Source: an uncultured Gammaproteobacteria bacterium
GTDB lineage: Bacteria > Patescibacteriota > Patescibacteriia > SG8-24
Direction of reading: 5' to 3'
DNA: 64,000 nt
Assembly: GCA_964491475.1 (NCBI GenBank)
Contig: CAZBFO010000004.1
Span: 67,290 to 131,289, forward strand
The notes below the pieces were generated by a model. That model saw only the letters and a list, made by a program, of their open reading frames with translations, made no database searches and was not told the DNA's origin. Both the position numbers and the translations under genes were made by a program. Shown here piece by piece: positions 9,859 to 19,681 of the stretch; the stretch's first letter is position 1, and each line of letters starts with the position of its first letter.

Positions 9859-10929
9859 TCAGCGGCCCAACTCCCAGGCGGGATCGACTTCCGCCTTCTT
9901 GCCATCGTCAAATTTGCGCCGCTGGGCGGCGAAATAGGCGGCCATGGCGATCATGGCGGCGTTGTCGGTGCAGTAGGAGAACGGCGGCTCGACGAAACGG
10001 ACCAAGGGCAGATGATGCTCCAGGCGAGAACGAAGCGTCGTGCGCAGCTTGGGGTTGGCCGCGACTCCGCCTGCCAAAATCACCGTTTTTACCTTGGATT
10101 CGTGCGCCGCGCGGACGGTCTTGGCCATCAGCACGTCGACGATGGCCTGCTCCACTGAAGCGGCCACGTCACGCACGAACTGCGGGTCCGACAACCGTTC
10201 CTTTTCTTTCTGCAGGAAGTAACGGACGGCGGTCTTGAAACCGGAGAACGAGAACTCGTGGTGCTTTTCGTTCATGAACGGCCGCGGAAAATCGAAGGCT
10301 TGCGGATTACCCTCCTTAGCCAGGCGTGAAATGGCCGGACCGCCCGGATAACCGAGGCCCATCAGCTTGGCAGCCTTGTCGAAAGCCTCGCCGGCGGCGT
10401 CGTCACGCGTGGCCCCGAGCAGCTTATAACGGCCGTAGTCTTTCATCAGCAGCAGCTCGGTATGGCCGCCGGAAACGACCAGCACCAGCGCCGGAAAGAC
10501 GCCGTCGGGGTCCTTGAGCGCCGGCTCCAGCGGAGCGCCGGGCAACCACGCCGAGGCCACGTGCCCGTCGATGTGATTCACGCCGATCAGCTTCTTGTTC
10601 CAGGCAGCTGCGAGTGCGCGAGCGGTGTCGAAACCCACTTTGAGCGACGTTACCAATCCCGGCCCGCGGGTAGCGGCAACGACGTCCACCATTTTGCCGA
10701 GCGCGCGGCCATCGGCATTGCCGACCAACTTCTGGGCGAGCGCGGCAAGCAGCACCGGCACAGTTGCCGAGTGCTCGCGCGCCGCGACTTCCGGCACCAC
10801 GCCGCCATACATGGCGTGGATGGCCTGGGTGGCCACCAGCGGCTCGAAACGCAAAATCTTGCCGTCTTTCACTTCGAGAAAGGCGGCTGCTGATTCGTCG
10901 CAGGAGGATTCGAGGGCTAGGATGCGCAT
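9859..10929 (-). CDS. tsaD: tRNA N6-adenosine threonylcarbamoyltransferase TsaD
   Basis: Kae1/TsaD/Gcp family: N-terminal MRILALESSCDESAAAF, HxxGH metal site, 356 aa. Confidence 0.9.
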   Translation of the reverse strand: MRILALESSCDESAAAFLEVKDGKILRFEPLVATQAIHAMYGGVVPEVAAREHSATVPVLLAALAQKLVGNADGRALGKMVDVVAATRGPGLVTSLKVGFDTARALAAAWNKKLIGVNHIDGHVASAWLPGAPLEPALKDPDGVFPALVLVVSGGHTELLLMKDYGRYKLLGATRDDAAGEAFDKAAKLMGLGYPGGPAISRLAKEGNPQAFDFPRPFMNEKHHEFSFSGFKTAVRYFLQKEKERLSDPQFVRDVAASVEQAIVDVLMAKTVRAAHESKVKTVILAGGVAANPKLRTTLRSRLEHHLPLVRFVEPPFSYCTDNAAMIAMAAYFAAQRRKFDDGKKAEVDPAWELGR

Positions 10930-11004
10930 GCGATTGCGTAAGTGGTAAAGCGTTAGGGAGCGTACGATATTTGCGCCGTTTTATCAACCCTTTTCGGATC
11001 TCGC

Positions 11005-11038
11005 ACAACAAAAAACGACCCGCAATTGCGGATCGAAA
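11005..11038 (-). terminator. Rho-independent terminator after coaD-coaE
   Basis: perfect palindrome CCGCAATTGCGG within GATCCGCAATTGCGGGTCG, followed on the minus strand by TTTTTTGTTG. Confidence 0.5.
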
Positions 11039-11044
11039 TCAGAG

Positions 11045-12238
11045 TCATTTCTTCCCGGTAAGGCCCGGGAAGATTTTTTTGATTCTCTCGTACAGCAGGC
11101 CGATGTCGTGCAGGGCCGTGGCCGCCTGTTCGCGGCGCAAGTTCTGATGCAACAGGACATTGCCGCTCTTGGCCGCTGCGGCCGCCTTGGTCAGCGCCCG
11201 CGTCTTGCGCATGGCCGGCCACTGGATTTGCTCCATCTCCGCCTGCCTCTCGGCATCGATGCCGCGTTTGGCCATCAGCCAGGCGCGGTCGGGGCTGTCG
11301 ACCACGATGACGTTGTTGTTCGTCCATGAGCCCATCCGCATTTCGGCCGTCTGCGCCCATTCGACCACGACCAGTCCCTTTGCCGAGGCCAATGCCTCGC
11401 GGTACTTGCGGGCGACGTGCGGCATGGTGAGCTCGGTCACGAACTGACGATGATGATCGGCGCCGGGCAAGAACAGCGTTTCGGCCAGGCGTTTCCGGTT
11501 CACGATCAGGCGATCGTCCGAAAGGATGCCGACGCCGAATCTGCGTGCCAGCTCGTCACGAACGGCCTGCGCTCCCGGCGAATCCTCGTCGTAAACGTCG
11601 CGCAGCAGCTGGTCGACGTTGACGTGCTTGGCCTCCAGTTTTTCGAAGCGCGCCAGTCGCGCCAGCTCTGCCGCCACCCAGCTCTTGCCAACCGCGATGC
11701 AGCCGGTGACGCCGATGCGGTACTGGCCGAGCAGACGTTCTTCGAGCGACTGCTTCACGAACATCGGCACGAACTTGTCGACGTCCAGACGCTGCAAGAC
11801 AAACCCTTTGACCATCGACGAGGACACGATGTGCAGCTCGCGAGTGGCATCGAGATATTCGATCTGGACTTGCGGCAGGATGAGCCGGTTCAGCTCCGCC
11901 TGCTCGTCCTCGTACTCGAGATCCTTGGCGTTGCGCACGCCGCGGAACAGCCGGTCGCAGCCGTGATACAGGTAGACGTCGACCAGCAGACCGCCGGAGC
12001 CGACTACTGTGGCGTGGCGGATGCCCGCCTCGCGCACGGCGCGCTCGGTCATCTGCACGCGCTCGTCGAGCGTGTACAGGTAGGACCCGGCCTTGCGCTC
12101 GTTGTTGGCAACGAGCACCACCAGCTCTCGGCACAGCTCCTTGGCGCGGCCGATCAGGTCCAGGTGCCCGTTGGTGACGGGATCTGCAGACAGGGCGACG
12201 AGGCCCTTTTTGTACTTGGGCATCGTTGCTTGGCTCAT
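11045..12238 (-). CDS. bifunctional phosphopantetheine adenylyltransferase / dephospho-CoA kinase (CoaD-CoaE fusion)
   Basis: N-terminal PPAT signature (GLVALSADPVTNGHLDLI); C-terminal DPCK P-loop IGVTGCIAVGKSW and DPCK-like tail; ATG 12238 (MSQATMPKYKK) has SD AAAGGAAAAG. Confidence 0.75.
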   Translation of the reverse strand: MSQATMPKYKKGLVALSADPVTNGHLDLIGRAKELCRELVVLVANNERKAGSYLYTLDERVQMTERAVREAGIRHATVVGSGGLLVDVYLYHGCDRLFRGVRNAKDLEYEDEQAELNRLILPQVQIEYLDATRELHIVSSSMVKGFVLQRLDVDKFVPMFVKQSLEERLLGQYRIGVTGCIAVGKSWVAAELARLARFEKLEAKHVNVDQLLRDVYDEDSPGAQAVRDELARRFGVGILSDDRLIVNRKRLAETLFLPGADHHRQFVTELTMPHVARKYREALASAKGLVVVEWAQTAEMRMGSWTNNNVIVVDSPDRAWLMAKRGIDAERQAEMEQIQWPAMRKTRALTKAAAAAKSGNVLLHQNLRREQAATALHDIGLLYERIKKIFPGLTGKK

Positions 12239-12407
12239 GACGCTTTTCCTTTTGTGAAGGTTGCCGGCACTTGAGCCGACGGCCAACTGTAGCAGCGCCG
12301 ACGGTCGCTGTCAATCGTAAAAAGCCCGTCAGCATTGACGAAACGGAACCTCGATGACACATTGTGAACGCGTCCTTTAGAGACAGACCAACCCGCAGAG
12401 GCGTACG

Positions 12408-13565
12408 ATGTCCGTCAAAAAATACCTGGTGTTCGGAACCGGCAAGATGGGCAAAGCCATCGCCTACGACCTGCTCCACACCGACCCGAACTGTCACGTG
12501 ACCTTGGCCGATGCGAGCCCCTTGAGCCTGCTCGAGACGCTCTACGCGCTCCCCCAGGAGCGCGTGACCACCATCGTCTTCGACGGCGACAAGGAAGACG
12601 TCGCGTCCATCGCCGGCCGCATGCGCGGTCACCACGTGGCCATCGGCGCGGCACGCTACGACTTGCTCCCCAAGCTGACCGAAGCGGCCATCGCCAGCGG
12701 CACGCATTTCTGCGACCTCGGCGGTCACGCCGGCATGGTCGAGCAGCAGTTCGCGATGCACGATCGCGCCAAGGCGGCAGGCGTCCGCGTGCTCCCCGAC
12801 TGCGGCGTCGCGCCCGGCTCGGTGAGCGTGCTGGCCAAGCTGGCCATCGACAGCGTTCCCGACGTGGAGCGCGTGCTCATCCGCGTGGGGGGCCTGCCGC
12901 AAAAGCCGACCGGCCCGCTCAAGTACGCGCACGTCTTCTCCATCAACGGCCTCCTGGGCAACTACCTGGAGCAGACCGAGATCCTGCGCGACGGCAGGCG
13001 CGAGAAGACCGAGTCGCTGCGCGGCAACGAGTACCAGTTCTTCCCGGAGCTGGGCCAGCTCGAAGCCGCCTACACCGCCGACGGCTCCTCGACCCTCACC
13101 AAGACGTACGAAGGCCGAGTGAAAGACCTCGACTACAAGACGCTGCGGTACAAGGGCCACTGGGACGTCATCAGGACGATGCAGGCGCTCGGCATGTTCA
13201 GCAGCGACCTCATGCTCAAGGCCGGCGACGCCGAAGCGTCGGCACGCCAGTTCACCGAGCAGCTGCTCCTCGCCACCTTGCCCGTCGGCGTCCCCGACCT
13301 CCTGGTCATGCGCGTGGCCGCGCTCAACCGCGAGCGCAAAGGCCTGGTGCTGGACCTCGTCGACAGGATGGATCCCGCCACCGGCCACTCGGCCATGCAG
13401 CGCACCACCGGCTACTCCGCCTCGATCTGCGCCCAGATGCTGGCCTCCGGCGAAATCGCCGACACCGGCGTGCTCAAGCACGAAGACGTCGTGCCGCCGA
13501 CACGGTTCGTGGAAGAGTGGGACAAGCGCGGCATCAAGCTGACGCGGTACGACAAGATTCCGTGA
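12408..13565 (+). CDS. saccharopine dehydrogenase family NAD(P)-binding protein
   Basis: N-terminal Rossmann motif LVFGTGKMGKAIAYDL and saccharopine dehydrogenase-like C-terminal domain, 385 aa. Confidence 0.75.
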   Translation: MSVKKYLVFGTGKMGKAIAYDLLHTDPNCHVTLADASPLSLLETLYALPQERVTTIVFDGDKEDVASIAGRMRGHHVAIGAARYDLLPKLTEAAIASGTHFCDLGGHAGMVEQQFAMHDRAKAAGVRVLPDCGVAPGSVSVLAKLAIDSVPDVERVLIRVGGLPQKPTGPLKYAHVFSINGLLGNYLEQTEILRDGRREKTESLRGNEYQFFPELGQLEAAYTADGSSTLTKTYEGRVKDLDYKTLRYKGHWDVIRTMQALGMFSSDLMLKAGDAEASARQFTEQLLLATLPVGVPDLLVMRVAALNRERKGLVLDLVDRMDPATGHSAMQRTTGYSASICAQMLASGEIADTGVLKHEDVVPPTRFVEEWDKRGIKLTRYDKIP

Positions 13566-13571
13566 ACAATA

Positions 13572-13597
13572 CCCCGCGATTGCGGGGTCTTTTTTAT
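13572..13597 (+). terminator. Rho-independent terminator
   Basis: CCCCGCgattGCGGGG hairpin followed by TCTTTTTT. Confidence 0.6.
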
Positions 13598-13609
13598 GCC
13601 GTTCGAGCA

Positions 13610-13638
13610 TTGACAAAACGCCTGTTTGCTGATATATA
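13610..13638 (+). promoter_or_regulatory. sigma70-like promoter TTGACA-N17-TATATA
   Basis: TTGACA at 13610-13615, 17-nt spacer, TATATA at 13633-13638, about 28 nt upstream of GTG 13666. Confidence 0.5.
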
Positions 13639-13665
13639 CCCAGCACGAAAGGACGCAGCACGACC

Positions 13666-14115
13666 GTGGAAAAACAAGCGCAGGAATGGTCAAAGTGGTC
13701 TCGCTATTACGAAAACAGGTCGACGTACAACGGCGACCCCAAAATCGTCATCGGTGACGTTTTTCTGGACGACATCGACGCCAAACACGCATTTTTCGAC
13801 ATCAAGAACGCCAAGGGCGGAATCATCGAGCGCTGCCTCATCTTTAAGACGTACGAGGCCGGAGAATCGGGAGGCGAACCGTCTTATCCGACCACTACGG
13901 TTAAGCTCGCGGCCAAAACGCGCGACGGATGGACGATTGCTCTTGATGAAGAAACGCTCCTGCGTCGCTCCGCCGGCTCGATCAAGAAGGAGCAGCAGGC
14001 AAAGAAGAAGGAAAAAAAGCGCAAGCTCGAAGACGAGAATCGCGCTCTTGCAGAGCGTCAACGCGAGCTCACGCAAGAGCTCGCTCAGGTCACCGGCAAA
14101 TTGAAACGCGCGTAA
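13666..14115 (+). CDS. hypothetical protein with K/E-rich C-terminal coiled-coil segment
   Basis: GTG start with SD GAAAGGACG; own promoter upstream; C-terminus KKEQQAKKKEKKRKLEDENRALAERQRELTQEL. Confidence 0.5.
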   Translation: MEKQAQEWSKWSRYYENRSTYNGDPKIVIGDVFLDDIDAKHAFFDIKNAKGGIIERCLIFKTYEAGESGGEPSYPTTTVKLAAKTRDGWTIALDEETLLRRSAGSIKKEQQAKKKEKKRKLEDENRALAERQRELTQELAQVTGKLKRA

Positions 14116-14234
14116 GCACAGGCAAAAGGCCTTCCGTTCGGGAGGCCTTTTTTCACACCAACATTTGTAGTACAGGCTTGCTTTGCATGTCGTGAACCGC
14201 TACCATCAGCGAACAGTTTCACCAAGGAGACACC

Positions 14235-14687
14235 GTGAGCACATTGCAGCAGCAAATCGAGGCGCGAAAGAAAGAAGCGCACGACAAGCAGATCGAGGAG
14301 AAGGCCAGGGTCGTGGCCAGGCATCTGGGCACGGATCACCGGCCGTTCGAAGGCGTCTTTTGCAGCTACGAGTCCGACGATCTCTCGATTACGTTCCAAG
14401 ACAAGCACCTGATCAGCAGCGTGAGCATCGCCGCCAGCGGCACGATCATCACCTACGAAGGCAAGATCGTCTACCAATGCAGCAGCGAGAGGGCACCCGG
14501 ACCCTCGGGCGCCTGGGAAGAAATAGGCATCACCTGCTTCATCCCCGGCAAATGGGAGAAGCTCCTGGAGGAGTTGTACCAATCGGCACTGCCCAAAGCC
14601 GAAGCCGGACGCACCAGCGAATACCGCGAGCGCAAGCGCCGAGACCGCGAAGCCGAGGCAAAAATACGGGCAAAGTGGGGGCTCTGA
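14235..14687 (+). CDS. hypothetical protein
   Basis: GTG start with SD AAGGAGA; charged R/E-rich C-terminus; same strand and similar size as the preceding gene. Confidence 0.5.
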   Translation: MSTLQQQIEARKKEAHDKQIEEKARVVARHLGTDHRPFEGVFCSYESDDLSITFQDKHLISSVSIAASGTIITYEGKIVYQCSSERAPGPSGAWEEIGITCFIPGKWEKLLEELYQSALPKAEAGRTSEYRERKRRDREAEAKIRAKWGL

Positions 14688-14794
14688 AGACTGGTGCGAT
14701 TCCTCGCGCCTTTTTATTTCGGCCCTCCCGACGCCTTGACGGACCGCCCTTTTTGGCCTAGTATTGGCTGTATCGTGAAAAACCAGACCACCGA

Positions 14795-14869
14795 GGTCCC
14801 ATCGTCTAACGGCTAGGACGACTCCCTTTCACGGAGTAAATAGGGGTTCGATTCCCCTTGGGACTACCA
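14795..14869 (+). tRNA. tRNA-Glu (anticodon TTC)
   Basis: cloverleaf folded by hand: acceptor GGTCCCA/TGGGACT, D arm GTCT-AACGGCTA-GGAC, anticodon stem ACTCC/GGAGT with loop CTTTCAC, T arm AGGGG-TTCGATT-CCCCT, encoded CCA; close to E. coli tRNA-Glu. Confidence 0.85.
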
Positions 14870-14874
14870 AAAGC

Positions 14875-14911
14875 GACTTCTCAAAACGAGGAGTCTCTTT
14901 TTGTTTTGTTT
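14875..14911 (+). terminator. Rho-independent terminator after tRNA-Glu
   Basis: GACTTCTCaaaacGAGGAGTC hairpin followed by TCTTTTTGTTTTGTTT. Confidence 0.45.
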
Positions 14912-14986
14912 GTCACCACCTGACAATGGCAACGTGCTGCGTAAAGGTTTTCGTCGCGCCAAACAAAAAGACCTCGCAAAGAGGCC

Positions 14987-15832
14987 TCAAAATCGCATTC
15001 CGCGCACGCGTTCCCAATGCCCGTCTTCCGGCAGTCGCAGCAACTCGGACACGCGCGGCGCATACCGCACCTCGATGTGATCGCCCTGCCGGACGTCGGC
15101 AACACGGATGCCGTCCAAGAATAGCGCTGGCGGATGACGATGCCTTTCCGGAATGCCGAGGTTCGGCTCGATGCCGAGCAGGGCGAAACGTAACGAACGA
15201 CCCTCGGCCGAGAGCAGCAAGCCTGCCTGCGGCGCGACGGTGTCATGAATGCCTTTCACGTAGAGCGCGCGCACCGACGGGTCCATGCGCGGCGCATGCA
15301 GATGCACCGCCATCGGCGAGGTGGAACCGATCGCCGAACAGAGGCAGGCACCGGATCCGCGAATGTCCTTTACGAAGGCCGTTTCCTTGCCGCTGACCGA
15401 TTCTACGCGCAATCGCAGCCAGGTCATCGTGCACTCGATGGTGATGTCGTTGACCGCGCGATACGCCTGCTCGCCCCCAGAGGAGCGATGGATGACTTGC
15501 ATTGCGGGAATCGGCATGGGCGACAACCTGCCTTCAATGGCCTTGTCGAGCGTCTCGATGAGACGTTGGCGGTCGCGAACCGTCGTCAGGAAGCCCTCGT
15601 GGCCGAGATTGAACGCGAGAAGGTGCTGTCGGCGCTGTCCGTGAGCTCTCACCGCTTCAAGCAGCGTGCCGTCGCCGCCGAGCACCAGCAGCAGGTCGGC
15701 ATTTTGCGGGTCGCAAACGCGCATATTCGGATGATTTCGGCGCAAATGAGCCGCCAATTTTGCCTGCTCCGCAAGCAGCGCGTCAGTAACGACGCGGGAA
15801 AAGAACGCGTAGGTTTCGTAGTGTTTTCGCAT
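14987..15832 (-). CDS. nadK: NAD kinase
   Basis: GGDGT(L) motif in LLLVLGGDGTLLEAV, NAD kinase length and downstream conserved blocks. Confidence 0.8.
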   Translation of the reverse strand: MRKHYETYAFFSRVVTDALLAEQAKLAAHLRRNHPNMRVCDPQNADLLLVLGGDGTLLEAVRAHGQRRQHLLAFNLGHEGFLTTVRDRQRLIETLDKAIEGRLSPMPIPAMQVIHRSSGGEQAYRAVNDITIECTMTWLRLRVESVSGKETAFVKDIRGSGACLCSAIGSTSPMAVHLHAPRMDPSVRALYVKGIHDTVAPQAGLLLSAEGRSLRFALLGIEPNLGIPERHRHPPALFLDGIRVADVRQGDHIEVRYAPRVSELLRLPEDGHWERVRGMRF

Positions 15833-15879
15833 GTCTCCATGCTACCTGCCTCCGCGAAAATCGCCGCGTGGAACGCTGT

Positions 15880-15902
15880 ATTTGTACTTTGAAAGTACAT
15901 TT
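15880..15902. promoter_or_regulatory. operator-like palindrome ATTTGTAC-N7-GTACATTT between nadK and the divergent 15998 gene
   Basis: palindromic core TGTACTTTgAAAGTACA; same half-sites and spacing as the site at 24846-24868. Confidence 0.45.
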
Positions 15903-15997
15903 GAATGTCGACGGCGACCACCGCGGAAAAAGACCTGCTAGCGTGAAGGCACGAGGTACTCACGCCTCGCGCTCGTTCACACTAACGGAGAAACGCC

Positions 15998-16936
15998 ATG
16001 CAACACGATTACAACGGGTTCCCCAACCAGCACATCGCGCGGGAAATCGCCACGCGGTTTCCCAACAACGCGCGAGTCATCGTACACAAGGACCGAGACC
16101 TGCTGGTACCGGTCTTCGACCAGAAGGACGCGGCCATCCTGACGCCCAATGCCGCAGATGCCGGGATTTCGGTGTCCAATGACGAGCCTGTCGTCCGCGA
16201 CATCAACTCCACTTGGGACATCGGCAAGCACGCCGAAGCGCGGCGACCGGTGTCGCTCGGCGCAGTCGGTGAGGACATTCGCGAGGCGTTCGTGCGGCCG
16301 CTCCCCGTCTGGACGCAGCACGTGCTCGACATGCCCATCAAGTTCCCAGGCACCGACGTGCGCGTGCCGGGCGTGCTGGCCAGCGTCGTGCCGGCCATCC
16401 AGCGCGTGCTCGACGTCGAGAAGGCCTTGAACCCGCGCTATGACGAATACTACGCCTACCTTTCGGTCCATCAGGCGACCTTGGTGCGCGGCGAACGCAT
16501 GCGTGAAAATCCGTATCACGTCGACGGATTCCAAGGTCCGCGATGGGAGACCAAGCATCCGGTCAACCACAGCTACCTGCTGTCCGACGCCCTGCCGACG
16601 GTGTTCTACCCCATCGGCTTCCCCCTCGACCACATCGATCCCTGTTTCGACGACGTCTACGCGGAGTTCGCGCAGCGCATCGAGCGCGGACCGGGCGCGC
16701 CGACCTGGCGCGCGGAGGACTTCGAGCTGGTACTCATGGACGCCTACTGCGTGCATCGCGGCGACCTGGCCGACCGGCCGATGACCCGCACCTGGCTCCG
16801 CATCTCCTGGGAGACGCGCGTCTTCGACCGGCTCGGAAACACCCACAATCCCCTGTTTGCCTACGACTGGGAGATGGTCGCGCGAGACACCGATCCGCGA
16901 GTCCGTCCCCGACTTGCTGCCGCCGTGGCCGCGTGA
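15998..16936 (+). CDS. hypothetical protein
   Basis: 312-aa ORF with protein-like composition; the overlapping 507-aa minus-strand ORF is R-rich antisense. Confidence 0.55.
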   Translation: MQHDYNGFPNQHIAREIATRFPNNARVIVHKDRDLLVPVFDQKDAAILTPNAADAGISVSNDEPVVRDINSTWDIGKHAEARRPVSLGAVGEDIREAFVRPLPVWTQHVLDMPIKFPGTDVRVPGVLASVVPAIQRVLDVEKALNPRYDEYYAYLSVHQATLVRGERMRENPYHVDGFQGPRWETKHPVNHSYLLSDALPTVFYPIGFPLDHIDPCFDDVYAEFAQRIERGPGAPTWRAEDFELVLMDAYCVHRGDLADRPMTRTWLRISWETRVFDRLGNTHNPLFAYDWEMVARDTDPRVRPRLAAAVAA

Positions 16937-17023
16937 ACTGCAGCCGCCCACGACTTGGGCGGCTTTTTCTGTGCCGCGCCTGTCCGGGAGCCGGAAAGTG
17001 TGGGATACTTGGAGTGATATCCT

Positions 17024-17731
17024 ATGTGTTTTTCCGCTACGGCCAGCTTCGTTGCCGGCGGCACGTTGAGCGCGGCCGGCATCGCGGTGTTGCGGCGCGC
17101 CCGCACTCGCGAACGCATTCCGATCGCCTCGATTCCCCTGCTCTTCGGCGTCCAACAGCTGGTGGAAGGTGTCGTTTGGCTGACATTCTCGAGCCATCCG
17201 ACGATTCATGCCGCAGCCACAGTGCTCTTTGCGCTGTTCTCGCACGTCCTGTGGCCGTTCTACATACCGCTCGCGGTCATGCTCAACGAGACGGGCCCGA
17301 GGAGGAGGAAGGCCCTCAAATGGATGCTCGTCTTCGGCGTGTCGGTCAGCATCTACATGCTGTATTACGTCCTCACGGGACCGGTCTACTCGGAGATCGT
17401 TCAGAACTGCATTTACTACTATCTTCCCTATTCGGAATCGTACCTGCTGCTTGCCGCTTACGTCGTCGCCACCTGCGTCTGCTGCTTCATTTCGAGCCAC
17501 AAGTTCATCCGCACCTTCGGCCTGGCGGTCTTCGGCGGCTTGATCATCTCGCTGTGGTACTACCTGTACGCCTTCTATTCAGTGTGGTGCTACTTCGCGG
17601 CCATCTTGAGCCTGATCATCTACGTGCACTTGGGCCCGCGAAAGAAGTTGCAGGAAGTGGTGCAGAGGGTGAGAACCGAACTGCCGAAGCATCTCCCCAA
17701 ACTCCCGCCGATTGACCGCAAGCCCCGATGA
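17024..17731 (+). CDS. integral membrane protein (about 6 TM helices)
   Basis: highly hydrophobic, W/Y/F-rich, 235 aa. Confidence 0.55.
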   Translation: MCFSATASFVAGGTLSAAGIAVLRRARTRERIPIASIPLLFGVQQLVEGVVWLTFSSHPTIHAAATVLFALFSHVLWPFYIPLAVMLNETGPRRRKALKWMLVFGVSVSIYMLYYVLTGPVYSEIVQNCIYYYLPYSESYLLLAAYVVATCVCCFISSHKFIRTFGLAVFGGLIISLWYYLYAFYSVWCYFAAILSLIIYVHLGPRKKLQEVVQRVRTELPKHLPKLPPIDRKPR

Positions 17732-17749
17732 ACGTAGGGTGGAGCCACT

Positions 17750-18742
17750 ATGGACTCCCTCTCGGTCACGGCAGCCAAGAACGTCGGCGACATCATCCGC
17801 ATGGCGCTCAAACATGAGGATTCGCGCAAGGCGCTGGTGGTCTACGACCTCCGCACGCCGCTTTCGCGTCTCATCACCGAAGCGTACGCGTCGGCGCTGC
17901 CGAACGCCGTCCGCATGGACTTTGACGCGACCGCGCAAGCCGACGTCCTCGCCGCGATTCAGACGCTTTCGCCCAAGGACCTAGTGGTGCTGGTGCAATC
18001 ATCCAACTTCAGGTTGGCCGAGTACCGCATCCGCATCGAGCTGTTCCAGCGCGGATTGGCGGTCATCGAGCACGTGCACCTCGAACGCGCCGTCGACGAA
18101 CGGCAGCTGGGAACTTATGTCGACGCGCTCGCCTATGACACGGAGTACTATCGCGGCGAGGCGCGCAGGCTTAAGGAGAAAATCGACGCCGCCAAGACGA
18201 TTACGGTGCGCTGCATCGGCGGCACCGTCCTCACCTACGAGGGCGGAATGGAGGACACCAAATGGAATGTCGGCGACTACGCGGGGATGAAGAACGTCGG
18301 CGGCACCTTTCCCATCGGCGAAGTGTTCAGCGAGCCGCGGGACTTCTCCGGAGTCAACGGCGAAGCGATGGTCTTCTCGTTCGCGGGCACAGACCACGTG
18401 GTGCAGATGCACGAGCCGTTCAAGATCGTCATCGAGCAGGGCATCCTCACGCGGCACGAAGGTCCGCCGGGCTTCCAAGAAGTGCTCGACCAGATCAGCT
18501 CGGAAGAAAAAATCCTGGTGCGCGAGTTCGGCATTGGCCTGAATCGCGCCATGGACAAGACGCGCGTTCTCGACGACATCACCGCCTTTGAACGGCAGCG
18601 CGGCCTCCACTTTTCGCTGGGAGAAAAGCACGGCGTCTACAAAAAGCCCGGCATGGCCCCGAAAAAGACCCATTTTCACATCGACATTTTCGTCGACGTA
18701 GACGTAATCGAGGCCGACGGGGAGGAAATCTTCAGAGTCTAG
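17750..18742 (+). CDS. hypothetical protein, possibly M29 (aminopeptidase T)-like fold
   Basis: 330 aa; segment FPIGEVFSEP recalls the GEVF(T)AP block of M29 peptidases; assignment is weak. Confidence 0.45.
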   Translation: MDSLSVTAAKNVGDIIRMALKHEDSRKALVVYDLRTPLSRLITEAYASALPNAVRMDFDATAQADVLAAIQTLSPKDLVVLVQSSNFRLAEYRIRIELFQRGLAVIEHVHLERAVDERQLGTYVDALAYDTEYYRGEARRLKEKIDAAKTITVRCIGGTVLTYEGGMEDTKWNVGDYAGMKNVGGTFPIGEVFSEPRDFSGVNGEAMVFSFAGTDHVVQMHEPFKIVIEQGILTRHEGPPGFQEVLDQISSEEKILVREFGIGLNRAMDKTRVLDDITAFERQRGLHFSLGEKHGVYKKPGMAPKKTHFHIDIFVDVDVIEADGEEIFRV

Positions 18743-18801
18743 AGGAAATGACGCGACGCAAAAACGGGAGCCGGATGGGGCGCCCGTTTTTTCTGTCTTT
18801 A

Positions 18802-19677
18802 TCAGGAAAACAGTTCCGCATTGAATCCCTGCGAGAACCTGGCGCTCATGTCGGCGCCCACGGTCAGGAATGCAAAGTCAAAGTGCGGGGCGAGCGTTTC
18901 GGGACTTACCAGAAAAAGCGCGGTGGCGATGGCGTCTGCGACCATGGCGGTGTCGGCCACGACCCAAGCCGCCAGCAGGTGTCGCGGTGACAGCAGCGTA
19001 CGCGGGTCGATGATGTGATGATAATCCGCCCAGTTGCGACGATTGCCGGCAGAGCCGCAGATGCTCTCGTTGCCGAGCTCGACCACGCCGATCACTTGGC
19101 TGAAATTGCCGGGATGCTCCAAGCCGACGCGGCGCCGGCTGCCGTCGGTGCTGCAATGCAGGATGTCCTGCCCCGCATCGATGCAGAACGCCCGTACGCC
19201 GTTATCGAGCAGCACTTGGCCGACGATGTCTATCAGGTATCCTTTTCCGGCCGAGCCGAAGTCCAACCAGGCCGGCTGCTTCACTTCGAGCACCGGATGA
19301 TGATACGAGAGGGCGTCCTCCCAGCGCGGCGGCCGCGTGAGCGGCTGCGGCCTGAAGGAATACTTGGCGTCATAGCCCGCATCTACCATGACGTTGCCGA
19401 TCAGCGGCGTGAACCGTCCGTCGGTGAGATCATACAGCCGGCGGTAGATGGCCATCATCGGCGCAGCGTCGTCCGGGAGCGTATAGGTGCCGGCCTTGCG
19501 GGCCATCTCGGCAATCAGCGAATCCTCTCGAAAACGCGAGTAGTCACGGTCAAAAACGTCAATGCGCGCGAGAATCGCGCGCATCAACTGGTCCCGTTTT
19601 TCGGAAGAGACGTCCTGCAGCAGGTCGATCTTCCAGGTGGTGCCGATGGCGTCGAAGGCCAGCGGTTGGACCGGCAT
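18802..19677 (-). CDS. FAD:protein FMN transferase (ApbE family)
   Basis: ApbE-like length and blocks (GKGYLID, IDAGQDI); starts 4 nt after the upstream FMN-binding protein gene. Confidence 0.8.
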   Translation of the reverse strand: MPVQPLAFDAIGTTWKIDLLQDVSSEKRDQLMRAILARIDVFDRDYSRFREDSLIAEMARKAGTYTLPDDAAPMMAIYRRLYDLTDGRFTPLIGNVMVDAGYDAKYSFRPQPLTRPPRWEDALSYHHPVLEVKQPAWLDFGSAGKGYLIDIVGQVLLDNGVRAFCIDAGQDILHCSTDGSRRRVGLEHPGNFSQVIGVVELGNESICGSAGNRRNWADYHHIIDPRTLLSPRHLLAAWVVADTAMVADAIATALFLVSPETLAPHFDFAFLTVGADMSARFSQGFNAELFS

Positions 19678-19681
19678 AGCG

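Noticed and set aside
11556-13661. 701-aa minus-strand ORF spanning coaDE and the saccharopine dehydrogenase gene
   Set aside because: It crosses two convergent/divergent real genes and the intergenic region; composition is low-complexity R/G/A.
15977-17500. 507-aa minus-strand ORF overlapping the 15998-16936 and 17024-17731 genes
   Set aside because: R/D/G-rich antisense-type composition; the plus-strand products have natural composition and a membrane-protein profile.
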